Part shown: positions 26,631-38,336 of the stretch, one piece after another
Position numbering within the stretch: position 1 is the first letter of the stretch
Layout of the letters: every line of letters starts with the position of its first letter
Assembly: GCA_028826165.1 (NCBI GenBank)
Contig: JAPDFW010000140.1
Coordinates: 1-64,000 of the forward strand
Direction: 5' to 3'
Source: Anaeramoeba ignava BMAN
Taxonomy: Eukaryota > Protista > Anaeramoebae
Length of the DNA: 64,000 nt
Notes under the pieces: generated by a model
Database searches by the model: none
Told to the model about the DNA's origin: nothing
Seen by the model: the letters and a program-made list of their open reading frames with translations, nothing else
Translations under genes and position numbers: made by a program

Positions 26631-28445
26631 ATGAATGATTGCTTATTTTTTGGTGAAAATCTATTTCTTTTTATAACTCAAAAACAAATTATAAAAAAAC
26701 CAATTCAATTTAAATTTGAAAATTCAATTCTATTTAAATTTGAAAAACAAAAACAATTTAAATTTCAAAATGAAAATGAAAATGAAAATGAAAATGAAAA
26801 TGAAAATGAAAATGAAAAACAAATTAAACAAATTTCTTCTTCAAGTTATTCAACAATTTTCCTTTTTAAAAATGGAAAAGCAATAGAATGTTCAAAAATA
26901 AATACTGAAAAAATCCAAATTGAAGAAAATATTCAAAAAGTAACTGTTGGTTATCAAAATGAAGCTATTTTAACAATAGAAGGAAATGTATTTGCCAAAG
27001 GATATGATATTAATCCAAATAAATCAAAAGAATTTATCAATATTTCATCATTAATTGAAGATACAAATGATAGAATAATTCAAGATATTATTTCTGGAAA
27101 AAATTCAATTTACTTATTAACTTCAAATCAAAATGTTTATGGAATTGGTTCAAATCAATATTGTCAACTTGGTTTTGATTCTGAAACACTTAAAAAAACA
27201 GAAAAACCAATTTTAATGATGAAAAATGTTTCTAAAATATTTTCAGGAACTACCTCCAATTCTGTTATTCTTTTGAATTCAAATCAAGAATTATTTGGAT
27301 GTGGCAATAATGGTTTTGGTCAACTTGGATTAGGAGAATCAAGAAAAGAAAAAGAAATCAATAAATTAACTAAAATCCAAAATATTCCAAAAGGCAAAAT
27401 AATTGATATTCAAATGGGTGATTTACATTCAATAATGTTTATTGAAAATCAAAATGAAAATCCAAAAAGAAAACTTTATTCAACTGGAGATTATCTATAT
27501 AATGGACTTGGCAAACAATCAAAAAAATTTACTGAAATCAAATCATCTTTATTTGGAAATGATGATATTATTGTTGAATTTTCTGTTGGAAGATATCATA
27601 CATTGATTTTAACTTCTAATTCAAAATTAATTGGTTTTGGAAGAAATTTTTATAGTGAATTAGGAACTGGAAACTTTAATAATCATTTATTTCCAATTCA
27701 AATTGAACTTCCAGAATTAAGATTTAATGAAGATATTTCCAATTATCACATTTATTGTGGAGAATGTACCTCATTTCTTTATTATTCTCCTCCTTATTTT
27801 TCCAATCTTGAAGAAGATTTGATAAAACTATTTGAAAGAAAAGAATTTTGTAATATTTCATTTAAAACCGAAAATGGAGAAATAATTGAAGCTCATAAAT
27901 TAATATTGAAATATAGATTAAATCAAAATGAAAATCAAATTGAAAAACTTCAAGAAATTATTTCAAAAAAATCAATTAAAGAATCAAATCAAATATTTGA
28001 AATGATTTATTCAAACAGAATAATAAATCCAATATTATATTCTGAAATTAAAGAAATTATAAATTCAAATGAAAAAATAGAAGAAACAATGAAAAGAATT
28101 TATTTAAATGAAAATGAAAAAGATTTTATAATTGAAAGAAAAGAAAAACAATATAAATTTCCAAAATTAATATTAATAATGAGAAGTGAATTATATCGAG
28201 GAATGTTTTTATCTGTAACAGAAGATAAATCTAATAAAGTTACAGATTATAGTGAATTAAGTGATAAATCATTTCAAATATTTGAATATTGGATTTATTC
28301 AAATCAAATTAAAAATGAAATTGAAATTACACAAGAAATAATTGATGAAATTCAAATTGGAATTGATTATTTTCAATTAAATCAAACAAATCCAAATTTA
28401 TTTGATTTATTAATTAATAAATTTAATAATCAAAATCAAAATTAA
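26631..28445 (+). CDS. RCC1-repeat plus tandem BTB/POZ protein (paralogue 1, no CaaX)
   Basis: GSNQYCQLG, GNNGFGQLGLG, VGRYHTL RCC1 repeats; FCNISF..IEAHKLILKYR and KDFII..FPKLILIMRSELYRGMF BTB folds; likely ATG at 26631. Confidence 0.9.
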   Translation: MNDCLFFGENLFLFITQKQIIKKPIQFKFENSILFKFEKQKQFKFQNENENENENENENENEKQIKQISSSSYSTIFLFKNGKAIECSKINTEKIQIEENIQKVTVGYQNEAILTIEGNVFAKGYDINPNKSKEFINISSLIEDTNDRIIQDIISGKNSIYLLTSNQNVYGIGSNQYCQLGFDSETLKKTEKPILMMKNVSKIFSGTTSNSVILLNSNQELFGCGNNGFGQLGLGESRKEKEINKLTKIQNIPKGKIIDIQMGDLHSIMFIENQNENPKRKLYSTGDYLYNGLGKQSKKFTEIKSSLFGNDDIIVEFSVGRYHTLILTSNSKLIGFGRNFYSELGTGNFNNHLFPIQIELPELRFNEDISNYHIYCGECTSFLYYSPPYFSNLEEDLIKLFERKEFCNISFKTENGEIIEAHKLILKYRLNQNENQIEKLQEIISKKSIKESNQIFEMIYSNRIINPILYSEIKEIINSNEKIEETMKRIYLNENEKDFIIERKEKQYKFPKLILIMRSELYRGMFLSVTEDKSNKVTDYSELSDKSFQIFEYWIYSNQIKNEIEITQEIIDEIQIGIDYFQLNQTNPNLFDLLINKFNNQNQN

Positions 28446-28462
28446 AATAAAAAGAACAAAAA

Positions 28463-29322
28463 TAAATTTAATATTTAATTTATAAATTAATTTAAAAATA
28501 TAATTTAATATTTAATTTTATTATTAAAATAATAATTTAATGTTTTAGATTTAAATATTTTATTATTTAAATATTTAACATATAAATATAAAAAATGAGA
28601 ATAGATTTAATTTAATATTTAATTTATAAATTAATTTAAAAATATAATTTAATATTTAATTTTATGTTTAAAATAATAATTTAATTGTTTTAGATTTAAA
28701 TATTTTATTATTTAAATATTTAACATATAAATATAAAAAATAAGGAATAGATTTAATTTAATATTTAATTTATAAATTAATTTAAAAATATAATTTAATA
28801 TTTAATTTTATGTTTAAAATAATAATTTATTGTTTTTAGATTTAAATATTTTATTATTTAAATATTTAACATATAAATATAAAAATGAAAATAGATTTAA
28901 TTTAATATCTAATTTATAAATTAATTTAAAAATATAATTTAATATTTAATTTTATTATTAAAATAATAATTTAATGTTTTAGATTTAAATATTTTATTAT
29001 TTAAATATTTAACATATAAATATAAAAAATGAGAATAGATTTAATTTATAAATATTTAATTTTAAATTTAAATTTAATATTTAAAAATATAAGTAATAAT
29101 TTATTTTTAATTTTATGTTTAAAAATAAAGAATAATTTAAATTTTAAATTTAAATATTTTATTATTTAAATGTTTTAGAACATATAAATATATAAAAATA
29201 AAAATAAGAATATTTAATTTAATATTTAATTTATAAATTAATTTAAAAATATAATTTAATATTTAATTTTATTATTAAAATAATAATTTATTGTTTTAGA
29301 TTTAAATATTTTATTATTTAAA
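28463..29322. repeat. Satellite B: ~6 copies of a ~145 bp unit
   Basis: tagatttaaatatttt marker at 28548, 28693, 28839, 28982 (143-146 spacing), degenerating to 29299. Confidence 0.9.
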
Positions 29323-29712
29323 AATATTTTTGAAAATTGATTTTTTGAAATTAAAATTTTATCTTTTTGAATTAAATTGAATTAATATTAATTTGGAAAT
29401 TTGTTTTAAAATTTAAATTTATTAATAATTTTTAAATTCCAAAAAAAAATTAAATTAAAAATTAAATTAAAATAATTTTCCTTTTTTTTAATAATAAAAA
29501 TAATAAAAATAATAATAATTTATTAATAAATTAATTTAAAATAATAAATTAAAAAGAAAATTAAATTAATTATTAATTTAAATTTATTCTTATTTTTATA
29601 TTTTTATTTATTTTTCAAAATCCACTTTTTATTTATTTTTAAATTTTTTTTTCATTTTTCCTTTTTAAAACAAAAACAAAAACAAAAACAAAAACAAAAA
29701 CACAAAAACAAA

Positions 29713-31346
29713 ATGGATAATAATAATAATAACAACCAAATTGAAAATGCAAATCAAAATGAAAATGAAAATGAAATGAAAAATTTAGAAAAAAAAGTAA
29801 CAAAAAATTTAATTAAAAATTATTCAAACCTTTTAAATGGAAATTCATTTAAAGATTTTTCAATTTTTGTTGAGAATAAATCAAATCCTTTTGAAATTAA
29901 AGTTCATAAATCAATTTTATCTTCAAGATCTCCTTTTTAATGAATCATTAAGGCAAGAATCTCTTTCTATTTCTTTTAAATCAATTTAATAAAAAGAAAT
30001 GGAATCAATTTTGAGTTATATTTATTATGGAAATATTTCTTTTGAGAATCAAGAAAATCTTATCCAATTATTGGAATTTCAATTTATTTTAAATTAAATT
30101 TATTGAAAGAAATTATTCAAAAAAAATTTCAAATTCAATTAATTATTCAAATTTTTTCCAATTTTTATTCCAAAATCGAAATTTAAATTCAAATGAAATT
30201 GAAATAAAATGTTTTGAATTAATAAATCAAAATTTTTCCCAAATTCAAAATAATGAGAATTTATTCAATTTAACTAAAGAAGAAATTATCAAATTTATTC
30301 AATTTAAACAAGAAAAAAAAGAAATTTTTCAATTTGATTTTTTTCAATTTTTAAATAATTGGATTGAAAAAAGAAATCAAAGATTAAAAGGAAAAGAAAA
30401 AGAAAAAGAAAAAGAAAAGGGAATTGAAAAGAAAAGATTATTTCATTCTTTTTTTTCATTATTTGATAAAGATTCAATTTCAAAACAAGATTTTGATAAA
30501 TTAAAACAATTTGATTTTTTTCCTAAATCTTTTTTAGTTGATATTCAAAACAAAGTTATTCAAGATAATCAAAAAGAAATTGAAAAGAAAGAGAAAGAAA
30601 ATCAACAAATGAAAATTGAAATTGAAGAGAAATGGAAGAAAGAAGTTGAAGATAAAAACAAAGAAATTGAAGATAAATGGAAGAAAGAAATTGAAGAGAA
30701 ATGGAAGAAAGAAGTTGAAGATATGAAACCTATTTTTGATAAATATCGAGATCAATACCAAAAAGATTTGGAATATGAAAAGAAAATGAAGGAATTACAA
30801 AAGATTTTTAGTGATTCAGAAATTGTTCAAGATATTGAATATGTTAAGAAATTACAAGAATGGATAAATGATAATGATTTTTTTTCTAAAATGAAAAAAG
30901 GATTTTCAGCAAAAAGAGATGGATTTAATTCTCAAAATTGGCATAAAGCAGTTGATGGGAAAGGAAAAACATTAGTTATTATCAAAACAAAAGATAATTT
31001 TATTTTTGGAGGTTTTACTCAAGTTGGATTTAAATCAGGAAATCCAGGATACATTAATGATTCAAATGCATTTATTTTTTCATTAAGAAATGATAAAGGA
31101 GATAGAATTCCTGCAAAATTTACATATAAACAAAGTTCTGCAATTTATTCTTATTTAAGTTGTGGTCCACAATTTGGTAATGGTGATTTTGGTTTATCTT
31201 CTAATTTACAACCTGGTTATTCAAATATTGGTTGTAGTTATAATCTACCTAATGGAATTACTCAAGGAACAGATTCAGGTAAAAGTTATTTAGCTGGTTC
31301 TTATGATAAATGGGTTGTTGATGAACTTGAATCTTATTTCATTTAA
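29713..31346 (+). pseudogene. BTB-BACK / coiled-coil / TLDc protein with several frameshifts in 29930-30130 (pseudogene or homopolymer errors)
   Basis: FKDFSIFV..IKVHKSILSSRSPF BTB start, interrupted at poly-T/poly-A runs; C-terminal TLDc (KRDGFNSQNWHKAVDGKGKTLVIIKTKDNFIFGGFT..AFIFSL..GPQFG). Confidence 0.8.
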
Positions 31347-32149
31347 AAATTAATTAATAATAAGAAAATCAAACTTTTTTTTTTTAATTTTTTTTTTCAA
31401 AATTTAATTCAATTTTAATTTACTTTTAATCAAATTAATTTCTTTAAAATAATAAATAAGAAACAAATTTAATTTTAAATAATTTAATTTTAATTTAAAA
31501 TATTTATTAAAAATTTAATTAATAAAAAATAATCCAAAAAAAAAAATAATAAATTTTAAAAAATTGAATATTTTTAATATAATAAATAAAAATAAAAATT
31601 GAAAATAGAAATTAATAATAATTAAATTTAAATTCATTAATTAAAATATTAAAATAAAAATCAAATAAAAATTTATTATTAATTAATATTTAAATATTAA
31701 TAAATTATAATCAAAAATCAAAAATAGAATAATTAGTAAATTATTTTTTTTAGAAAGTTTATCTTATTCAATCATGTTAAATTCAATTTATTTAAAATTT
31801 TTAATTTTTAATTTTATTTTTAATATATTTTATTATAATTAAAATTGGAATAATAAATAATTAAAAATATTAATTTAATAAATAAAAATATTATATCAAA
31901 TTAAAAATAAAATAAATTTAAATTAAATTATTATTAAATATTATTAAAATTAAATATTTATATTTATTAAAATATTTATTCCACTTTTTAATATATTTTA
32001 TTATAATTAAAATTAGAATAATAAATAATTAAAAATATTAATATAATAAATAAAAATATTATATGAAATTAAAATAAAATAAATTTAAATTAAATTATTG
32101 TTAAATATTATTAAAATTAAACATATATCTTTATTAAAATATTTCAATT

Positions 32150-32580
32150 CTCTTTTCAATTTTATTAAATTATTGAGAATAATTTTATATTAATTTAAAT
32201 AAAAGAAATATTAATAAAATATATAAAATATAATTAATTTTAAATTTAATTATTTAATATTCTTTATTCCATTTTTGAAATAAATTAATGAAGATATTTT
32301 ATTAATTTTATTAAATTATTGAGAATAATTTTATATTAATTTAAATAAAGAAATATTAATAAAATATATAAAATAGAATTAATTTTAAATTTAATTATTT
32401 AATATTCTTTATTTCATTTTTGAAATAAATTAATGAAAATATTTTATTAATTTTATTAAATTATTGAGAATAATTTTATATTAATTTAAATAAAGAAATA
32501 TTAATAAAATATATAAAATATAATTAATTTTAAATTTAATTATTTAATATTCTTTATTCCATTTTTGAAATAAATTAATT
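32150..32580. repeat. Satellite C: 3 copies of a 145-146 bp unit
   Basis: gagaataatt at 32175, 32321, 32466. Confidence 0.9.
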
Positions 32581-32962
32581 AAAAGATTTTATTATTGAAA
32601 GAAAAGAAAAACAATATAAATTTCCAAAATTAATATTAATAATGAGAAGTGAATTATATCGAGGAATGTTTTTATCTGTAACAGAAGATACTTCTAATAA
32701 AGTTACAGATTATAGTGAATTAAGTAATAAATCATTTCAAATATTTGAATATTGGATTTATTCAAATCAAATTAAAAATGAAATTGAAATTACACAAGAA
32801 ATAATTAATGAAATCCAAATTGGAATTGATTATTTTCAATTAAATCAAACAAATCCAAATTTATTTGATTTATTAATTAAAAAATTTAATATTCAAAATC
32901 AAATCCAAATTGAAAATCAAAATCAAAATCAAAAATCATCTGAAAAATGTTCCATTTTTTAA
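32581..32962 (+). pseudogene. Orphan 3' fragment (second BTB + CaaX) of an RCC1-BTB gene
   Basis: Nearly identical to 35338-35731 including the CSIF stop; begins abruptly at the end of satellite C. Confidence 0.85.
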
Positions 32963-33283
32963 ATTTAAATTAAAATCAAAATCAAAATCAAAATTAAAAT
33001 CAAAATCAAAATCAAAATCAAAATCAAAATCAAAATCAAATTTAATAATCAAAATTAAAATCAAAATCAAAATTAAAATTAAAATCAAAATCAAAATCAA
33101 AATTAAAATTAAAATTAAAATCAAAATCAAAATTAAAATTCAAATCAAAATTCAAAATCAAAATTCAAATCAAAATTAAAATTAAAATTAAAATCAAAAT
33201 CAAAATCAAAATTCAAATCAAAATTCCAAAAAAAACGTTTTTTTCATTTTTTTTTCATCATTTTTTGATTTTTTTTTGAACAA

Positions 33284-35731
33284 ATGAATTCAAATTCAAA
33301 TTCAAAATCAAATTCAACTTCAAATTCAACTCCAAATCAAATGAATGAAATTTTCTTTTTTGGTGATAACGTCTTTCGAATAATTTTAGAAAATGAACTT
33401 AGAATGATAACAAAACCAAGTCAATTTAAATTTGAAAATGAAAAACAAATTAAACAAATTTCAACAAGTTATGATTCAACAATTTTCCTTTTTGAAAATG
33501 GAAAAGCAATAGAATATTCAACCCGAAATTCAAAACAAAAACTTCATAAAATTGAAAATATTCAAAAAGTATCTGTTAGTGATGAAAATCAAGTCATTTT
33601 AACAACAGAAGGAAATGCATTTGCAAAAGGATATAAGATTAATTCAAATAATCCAAAAAAATTTATCAATATTTCATCATTAATTGAAGATACAAATGAT
33701 AGAATAATTGAAGATATTATTTGTGGATACACGATAGTTTATTTATTAACTTCAAATCAAAATGCTTATGGAATTGGATCAAATCACTTTTCACAACTTG
33801 GTTTAGATTCTAATACACTTTATAAAACAGAAAAACCAATTTTAATGATGAAAAATATTTCTAAAATATTTTCAGGAATTTGTTCTGAAAGTGTTTTTCT
33901 TTTGAATTCAAATCAAGAATTATTTGGATGTGGTGGTAATTTTAATGGGAAACTTGGATTAGGAGAAAGAAAACCTAAACATAAACCATTAGAACGCGAA
34001 ATCATTAAAGAACTAACCAAAATCCAAAATATTCCAAAAGGTAAAATAATTGATATCAAAATTGCAAATTATCATTCAATAATGTTGATTGAAGAAGAAA
34101 ATCAAAATCCAAAAAGAAAACTTTATTCAACTGGAAATTATCTTTATAATGGACTTGGCAAAAAGCAAGATATCTATAAATTTACTGAAATCAAATCAAC
34201 TTTATTTGAAAACGATGATAATATTCTTGATTTTTCTGTTGGTCAAACTCATACTTTGATTTTAACATTCAAAGGAAAACTGATAGGGTTTGGAAGTAAT
34301 TTTTCTGGTCAATTAGGAAATGGAAATAGAAAAGATCAAAGAATTCCAATTCAAATTGAACTTCCTAAATTAAGATTTAATGAAGATATTTCTAGTTATC
34401 ATATTTCTTGTGGAACAATTCATTCATTTCTTTATTATTCTCCTTTTCTTTCTCCTTTTTCTAATCTTGAAGAAGATTTGATAAAACTATTTAGAAGAAA
34501 AGAATTTTGTGATATTTCATTTAAAACAAAAAATGGAGAAATTATTGAAGCTCATAAATTAATATTGAAATATAGATTAAATCAAAACCAAAATCAAAAT
34601 CAAAATCAAATTCAAAACCAAAATAATCAAAATCAAAATAATCAAAATCAAAATAATCAAAATCAAAATAATCAAAATCAAAATCAAAATCAAATTCAAA
34701 TTCAAAATCAAAATAATCAAAATCAAAATCAAAATCAAAATCAAAATCAAAATCAAAATCAAAATCAAAATCAAAATCAAAATCAAAATCAAAATCAAAA
34801 TCAAAATCAAAATCAAAATCAAAATCAAAATCAAAATAATCAAAATAATCAAAATAATCAAAATAATCAAAATCAAAATAATCAAAATCAAATTCGAAAT
34901 CAAAATCAAAATCAAATTCAAAATAATCAAAATCAAAATCAAATTCAAAATGAAAATAATCAAAATCAAAATCAAAATCAAAATGAAAATCAAATTGAAA
35001 ATCAAAATCAAAATCAAATTGAAAATCAAATTCAAAATCAAAATAATCAAAATAATCAAAATCAAAATCAAATTCAAAATCAAAATCAAAATCAAAATCA
35101 AAATCAAAATCAAAATCAAATTCAAATTCAAAATGAAAATAATCAAAATGAAATTCAAATTGAAAAACTTAAAGAAATTATTTCAAAAAAATCAATTAAA
35201 GAATCAAATCAAATATTTGAAATGATTTATTCAAACAGAATAATAAATCCAAAATTATATTCTGAAATTAAAGAAATTATAAATTCAAATGAGAAAATTG
35301 AAGAAACAATGAAAAGAATTTATTTAAATGAAAATGAAAAAGATTTTATAATTGAAAGAAAAGAAAAACAATATAAATTTCCCAAATTAATATTAATAAT
35401 GAGAAGTGAATTATATCGAGGAATGTTTTTATCTGTAACAGAAGATAAATCTAATAAAGTTACAGATTATAGTGAATTAAGTAATAAATCATTTCAAATA
35501 TTTGAATATTGGATTTATTCAAATCAAATCAAAAATGAAATTGAAATTACACAAGAAATAATTGATGAATTAGAAACAGGAATTGATTATTTTCAATTAA
35601 ATCAAACAAATCCAAATTTAATTGATTTATTAATTAATAAATTTAATATTCAAAATCAAATCCAAATTGAAAATCAAAATCAAAATCAAAATCAAAATCA
35701 AAAATCATCTGAAAAATGTTCCATTTTTTAA
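33284..35731 (+). CDS. RCC1-repeat plus tandem BTB protein (paralogue 2) with ~190-aa QN insertion and C-terminal CaaX (CSIF)
   Basis: Collinear with 26631-28445; QN tract 34580-35160 is in frame and contains no GT donor. Confidence 0.9.
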   Translation: MNSNSNSKSNSTSNSTPNQMNEIFFFGDNVFRIILENELRMITKPSQFKFENEKQIKQISTSYDSTIFLFENGKAIEYSTRNSKQKLHKIENIQKVSVSDENQVILTTEGNAFAKGYKINSNNPKKFINISSLIEDTNDRIIEDIICGYTIVYLLTSNQNAYGIGSNHFSQLGLDSNTLYKTEKPILMMKNISKIFSGICSESVFLLNSNQELFGCGGNFNGKLGLGERKPKHKPLEREIIKELTKIQNIPKGKIIDIKIANYHSIMLIEEENQNPKRKLYSTGNYLYNGLGKKQDIYKFTEIKSTLFENDDNILDFSVGQTHTLILTFKGKLIGFGSNFSGQLGNGNRKDQRIPIQIELPKLRFNEDISSYHISCGTIHSFLYYSPFLSPFSNLEEDLIKLFRRKEFCDISFKTKNGEIIEAHKLILKYRLNQNQNQNQNQIQNQNNQNQNNQNQNNQNQNNQNQNQNQIQIQNQNNQNQNQNQNQNQNQNQNQNQNQNQNQNQNQNQNQNQNQNQNNQNNQNNQNNQNQNNQNQIRNQNQNQIQNNQNQNQIQNENNQNQNQNQNENQIENQNQNQIENQIQNQNNQNNQNQNQIQNQNQNQNQNQNQNQIQIQNENNQNEIQIEKLKEIISKKSIKESNQIFEMIYSNRIINPKLYSEIKEIINSNEKIEETMKRIYLNENEKDFIIERKEKQYKFPKLILIMRSELYRGMFLSVTEDKSNKVTDYSELSNKSFQIFEYWIYSNQIKNEIEITQEIIDELETGIDYFQLNQTNPNLIDLLINKFNIQNQIQIENQNQNQNQNQKSSEKCSIF

Positions 35732-35756
35732 ATTTAAATTAAAATCCAACTCCAAA

Positions 35757-36560
35757 ATAAATTAATTTAAAATTATGATAAGAATTGATTTCTTTTAATA
35801 AAATTGAATAAATCTATTTTAAATTTTAATATTTTATTAATTAAAATATTTAATCAAAAATATTTAAAAAATGAATATAGAAATTAATTATATTAAATAA
35901 ATAAATTAATTTAAAATTAATATAAAAATTGATTTCTTTGAATAAAATTGAATAAATCTATTTTAAATTTTAATATTTTATTAATTAAAATATTTAATCA
36001 AAAATATTTAAAAAATGAATATAGAAATTAATTATATTAAATAAATAAATTAATTTAAAATTATGATAAGAATTGATTTCTTTTAATAAAATTGAATAAA
36101 ATAATTTTAAATTTTAATATTTTATTAATTAAAATATTTAATCAAAAATATTTAAAAAATGAATATATAAATTAATTATATTAAATAAATAAATTAATTT
36201 AAAATTATGATAAGAATTGATTTCTTTGAATAAAATTGAATAAATCTATTTTAAATTTTAATATTTTATTAATTAAAATATTTAATCAAAAATATTTAAA
36301 AATGAATATAGAAATTAATTATATTAAATAAATAAATTAATTTAAAATTAATATAAAAATTGATTTCTTTGAATAAAATTGAATAAATCTATTTTAAATT
36401 TTAATATTTTATTAATTAAAATATTTAATCAAAAATATTTAAAAATGAATATATAAATTAATTATATTAAATAAATAAATTAATTTAAAATTATAATAAA
36501 AATTGATTTCTTTGAATAAAATTAAATAAAATAATTTTAAATTTTAATATTTTATTAATT
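35757..36560. repeat. Satellite D: ~5.5 copies of a 143-144 bp unit
   Basis: aatcaaaaatattt marker at 35855, 35999, 36143, 36287, 36430. Confidence 0.95.
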
Positions 36561-36704
36561 AAAAAAAAAGAATAAGAAAATTTCTCCTTTTTTTATTTAA
36601 ATTTTTTTTTTCTCCTTTTTTATTTTAAATAAAAAAATTTTTTTTTTAATTTTTTTTCATTTTTTCCTTTTTAATTCTTAAATAATATAATTATATAAAT
36701 TGAA

Positions 36705-37132
36705 ATGTAAAAATTAATTAAAATTAATAAAATTAAAATTAAAATTAATATTAAAATTAAAATCAAATTAAAATTATAATCAAAATCAAAATTAAAATTA
36801 AAATTAAAATCAAAATTAAAATTAAATTTAAAATTAAAATTATAATCAAAATTAAAATTAAAATTAATATTAATATTCATTTTGAAATAAAAAGGGCAAA
36901 AAAAAAGAATCATACAAATCATAATCAAAACAAAAAAAATCATCGAAATGGAATTAAAAGACCCAAACCAATTCGACAATTACCATCAAGATGGTTAGAA
37001 AGAAAGTTTGCAAAAAATCAAAGATTTGTTCGTAAAGGAAATCTTAGAGTTCTTCGTGAGAAAAAAAAGCAAGCAATTCTCGCTCAACAAAAACAAAAAC
37101 AAACAATGAAAGTTGAAGAAAAGAAAAACTAA
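36705..37132 (+). CDS. RPL29: 60S ribosomal protein L29 (eL29), start codon split by an intron; missed by the ORF track
   Basis: AT(36705-06) | intron 36707-36894 | G GCA AAA.. gives MAKKKNHTNHNQNKKNHRNGIKRPK..KFAKNQRF, the eL29 signature; 79 aa. Confidence 0.92.
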
Positions 37133-37317
37133 ATTTTCTCTTTTAAAAACAAAAACATTTTAAAAACAAAAACAAAAACATTTTAAAAACAAAAACAAAA
37201 ACATTTTTCTTTACTTCTTTTTCTTTTTTTACTTTTTTAAAAACAAATTTCAACAACAATAAAAAGAAATAAATTTTTTTTTTCATTTTTTTTTTTCATT
37301 TTTTTTTTATTTGGAAA

Positions 37318-38069
37318 ATGAATCAATTTTTTGAAAGTTTTTTCTCTCAAAAAATACAAACACTTTATAAAGAAAATTCAAATTTGTAAATTAAAAATTA
37401 AAAATTAAAAATTAAAAATTAAAAATTAAAAATTAAAAAATTAAAAATTAAAAAATTTAAATTATTAAATTAAGTGATGAAACACAATTATTTCGTTTAA
37501 TGGAAAAAGATTTAGGATTTAAAAATGGAGATTTAGAAAATTGTTTTGGAGATTTTAAAGCATATTTTAAAGAGAATAAACATTTAATTGAAAAAGAAAA
37601 TGAAAAAGAAAATCAAAATGAAAAAGAAAATCAAAAAGAAAATGAAAAAGAAAATCAAAAAGAAAATCAAAAAGAAAATCAAAAAGAAAATCAAAATGAA
37701 AAAGAAAATCAAAAAGAAAAAGAAAATCAAAATCAAAATGAAAATCAAAATGAAAATCAAAATGAAAAAGAAAATCAAAAAGAAAATGAAAATCAAAAAG
37801 AAAAAGAAAATCAAAATCAAAATGAAAATCAAAATGAAAATCAAAATCAAAATCAAAATCAACCAAAACCTCTTTTTGAACTTGATTCAACAATGCCAAT
37901 TTATGTAAATCAATATCAAGGAAGTACTTATTTAGATCTTAGAAAATATTATTCAGTTGATAATCAACTTCGTCCAACAAAAAAAGGGATTACTCTTAAT
38001 AAAAATCAATGGGAAAAATTAAAAAAATTCAAAAAAAAAATTCAAAAAAAAATTGATAAATTAAAATAA
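37318..38069 (+). CDS. PC4/Sub1 transcriptional coactivator with DEK-C-like N-terminus (KELP-like)
   Basis: Exons 37318-37385 and 37475-38069; PC4 motif VNQYQGSTYLDLRKYY..PTKKGITLNKNQWEKL. Confidence 0.88.
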
Positions 38070-38191
38070 AATTATTGATTGATTTTTTTTCAAAAATTCA
38101 TTTCAAAAAAAAAAGAAAAAATAAACTCAAAATGAAAATCAAAAAAAAATGTTTCTCTTTTGAATTGAATTGAATTGAATTGAATGAGGAA

Positions 38192-38302
38192 TTAATTATT
38201 AAATTTGAGACTATAAAATTTGAGTAAAATTTGATCATCAATATTGTTTTGATTTTGATTTTGATTTTGATTTTGATTTTGATTTTGGTTTTCATCTTCA
38301 CT

Positions 38303-38336
<34 letters not shown>

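Noticed and set aside
32581-32962. Fragment as an alternative CaaX last exon for the 26631 gene (it starts at an AAG)
   Set aside because: No matching GT donor at the homologous position, and the BTB-TLDc locus lies in between
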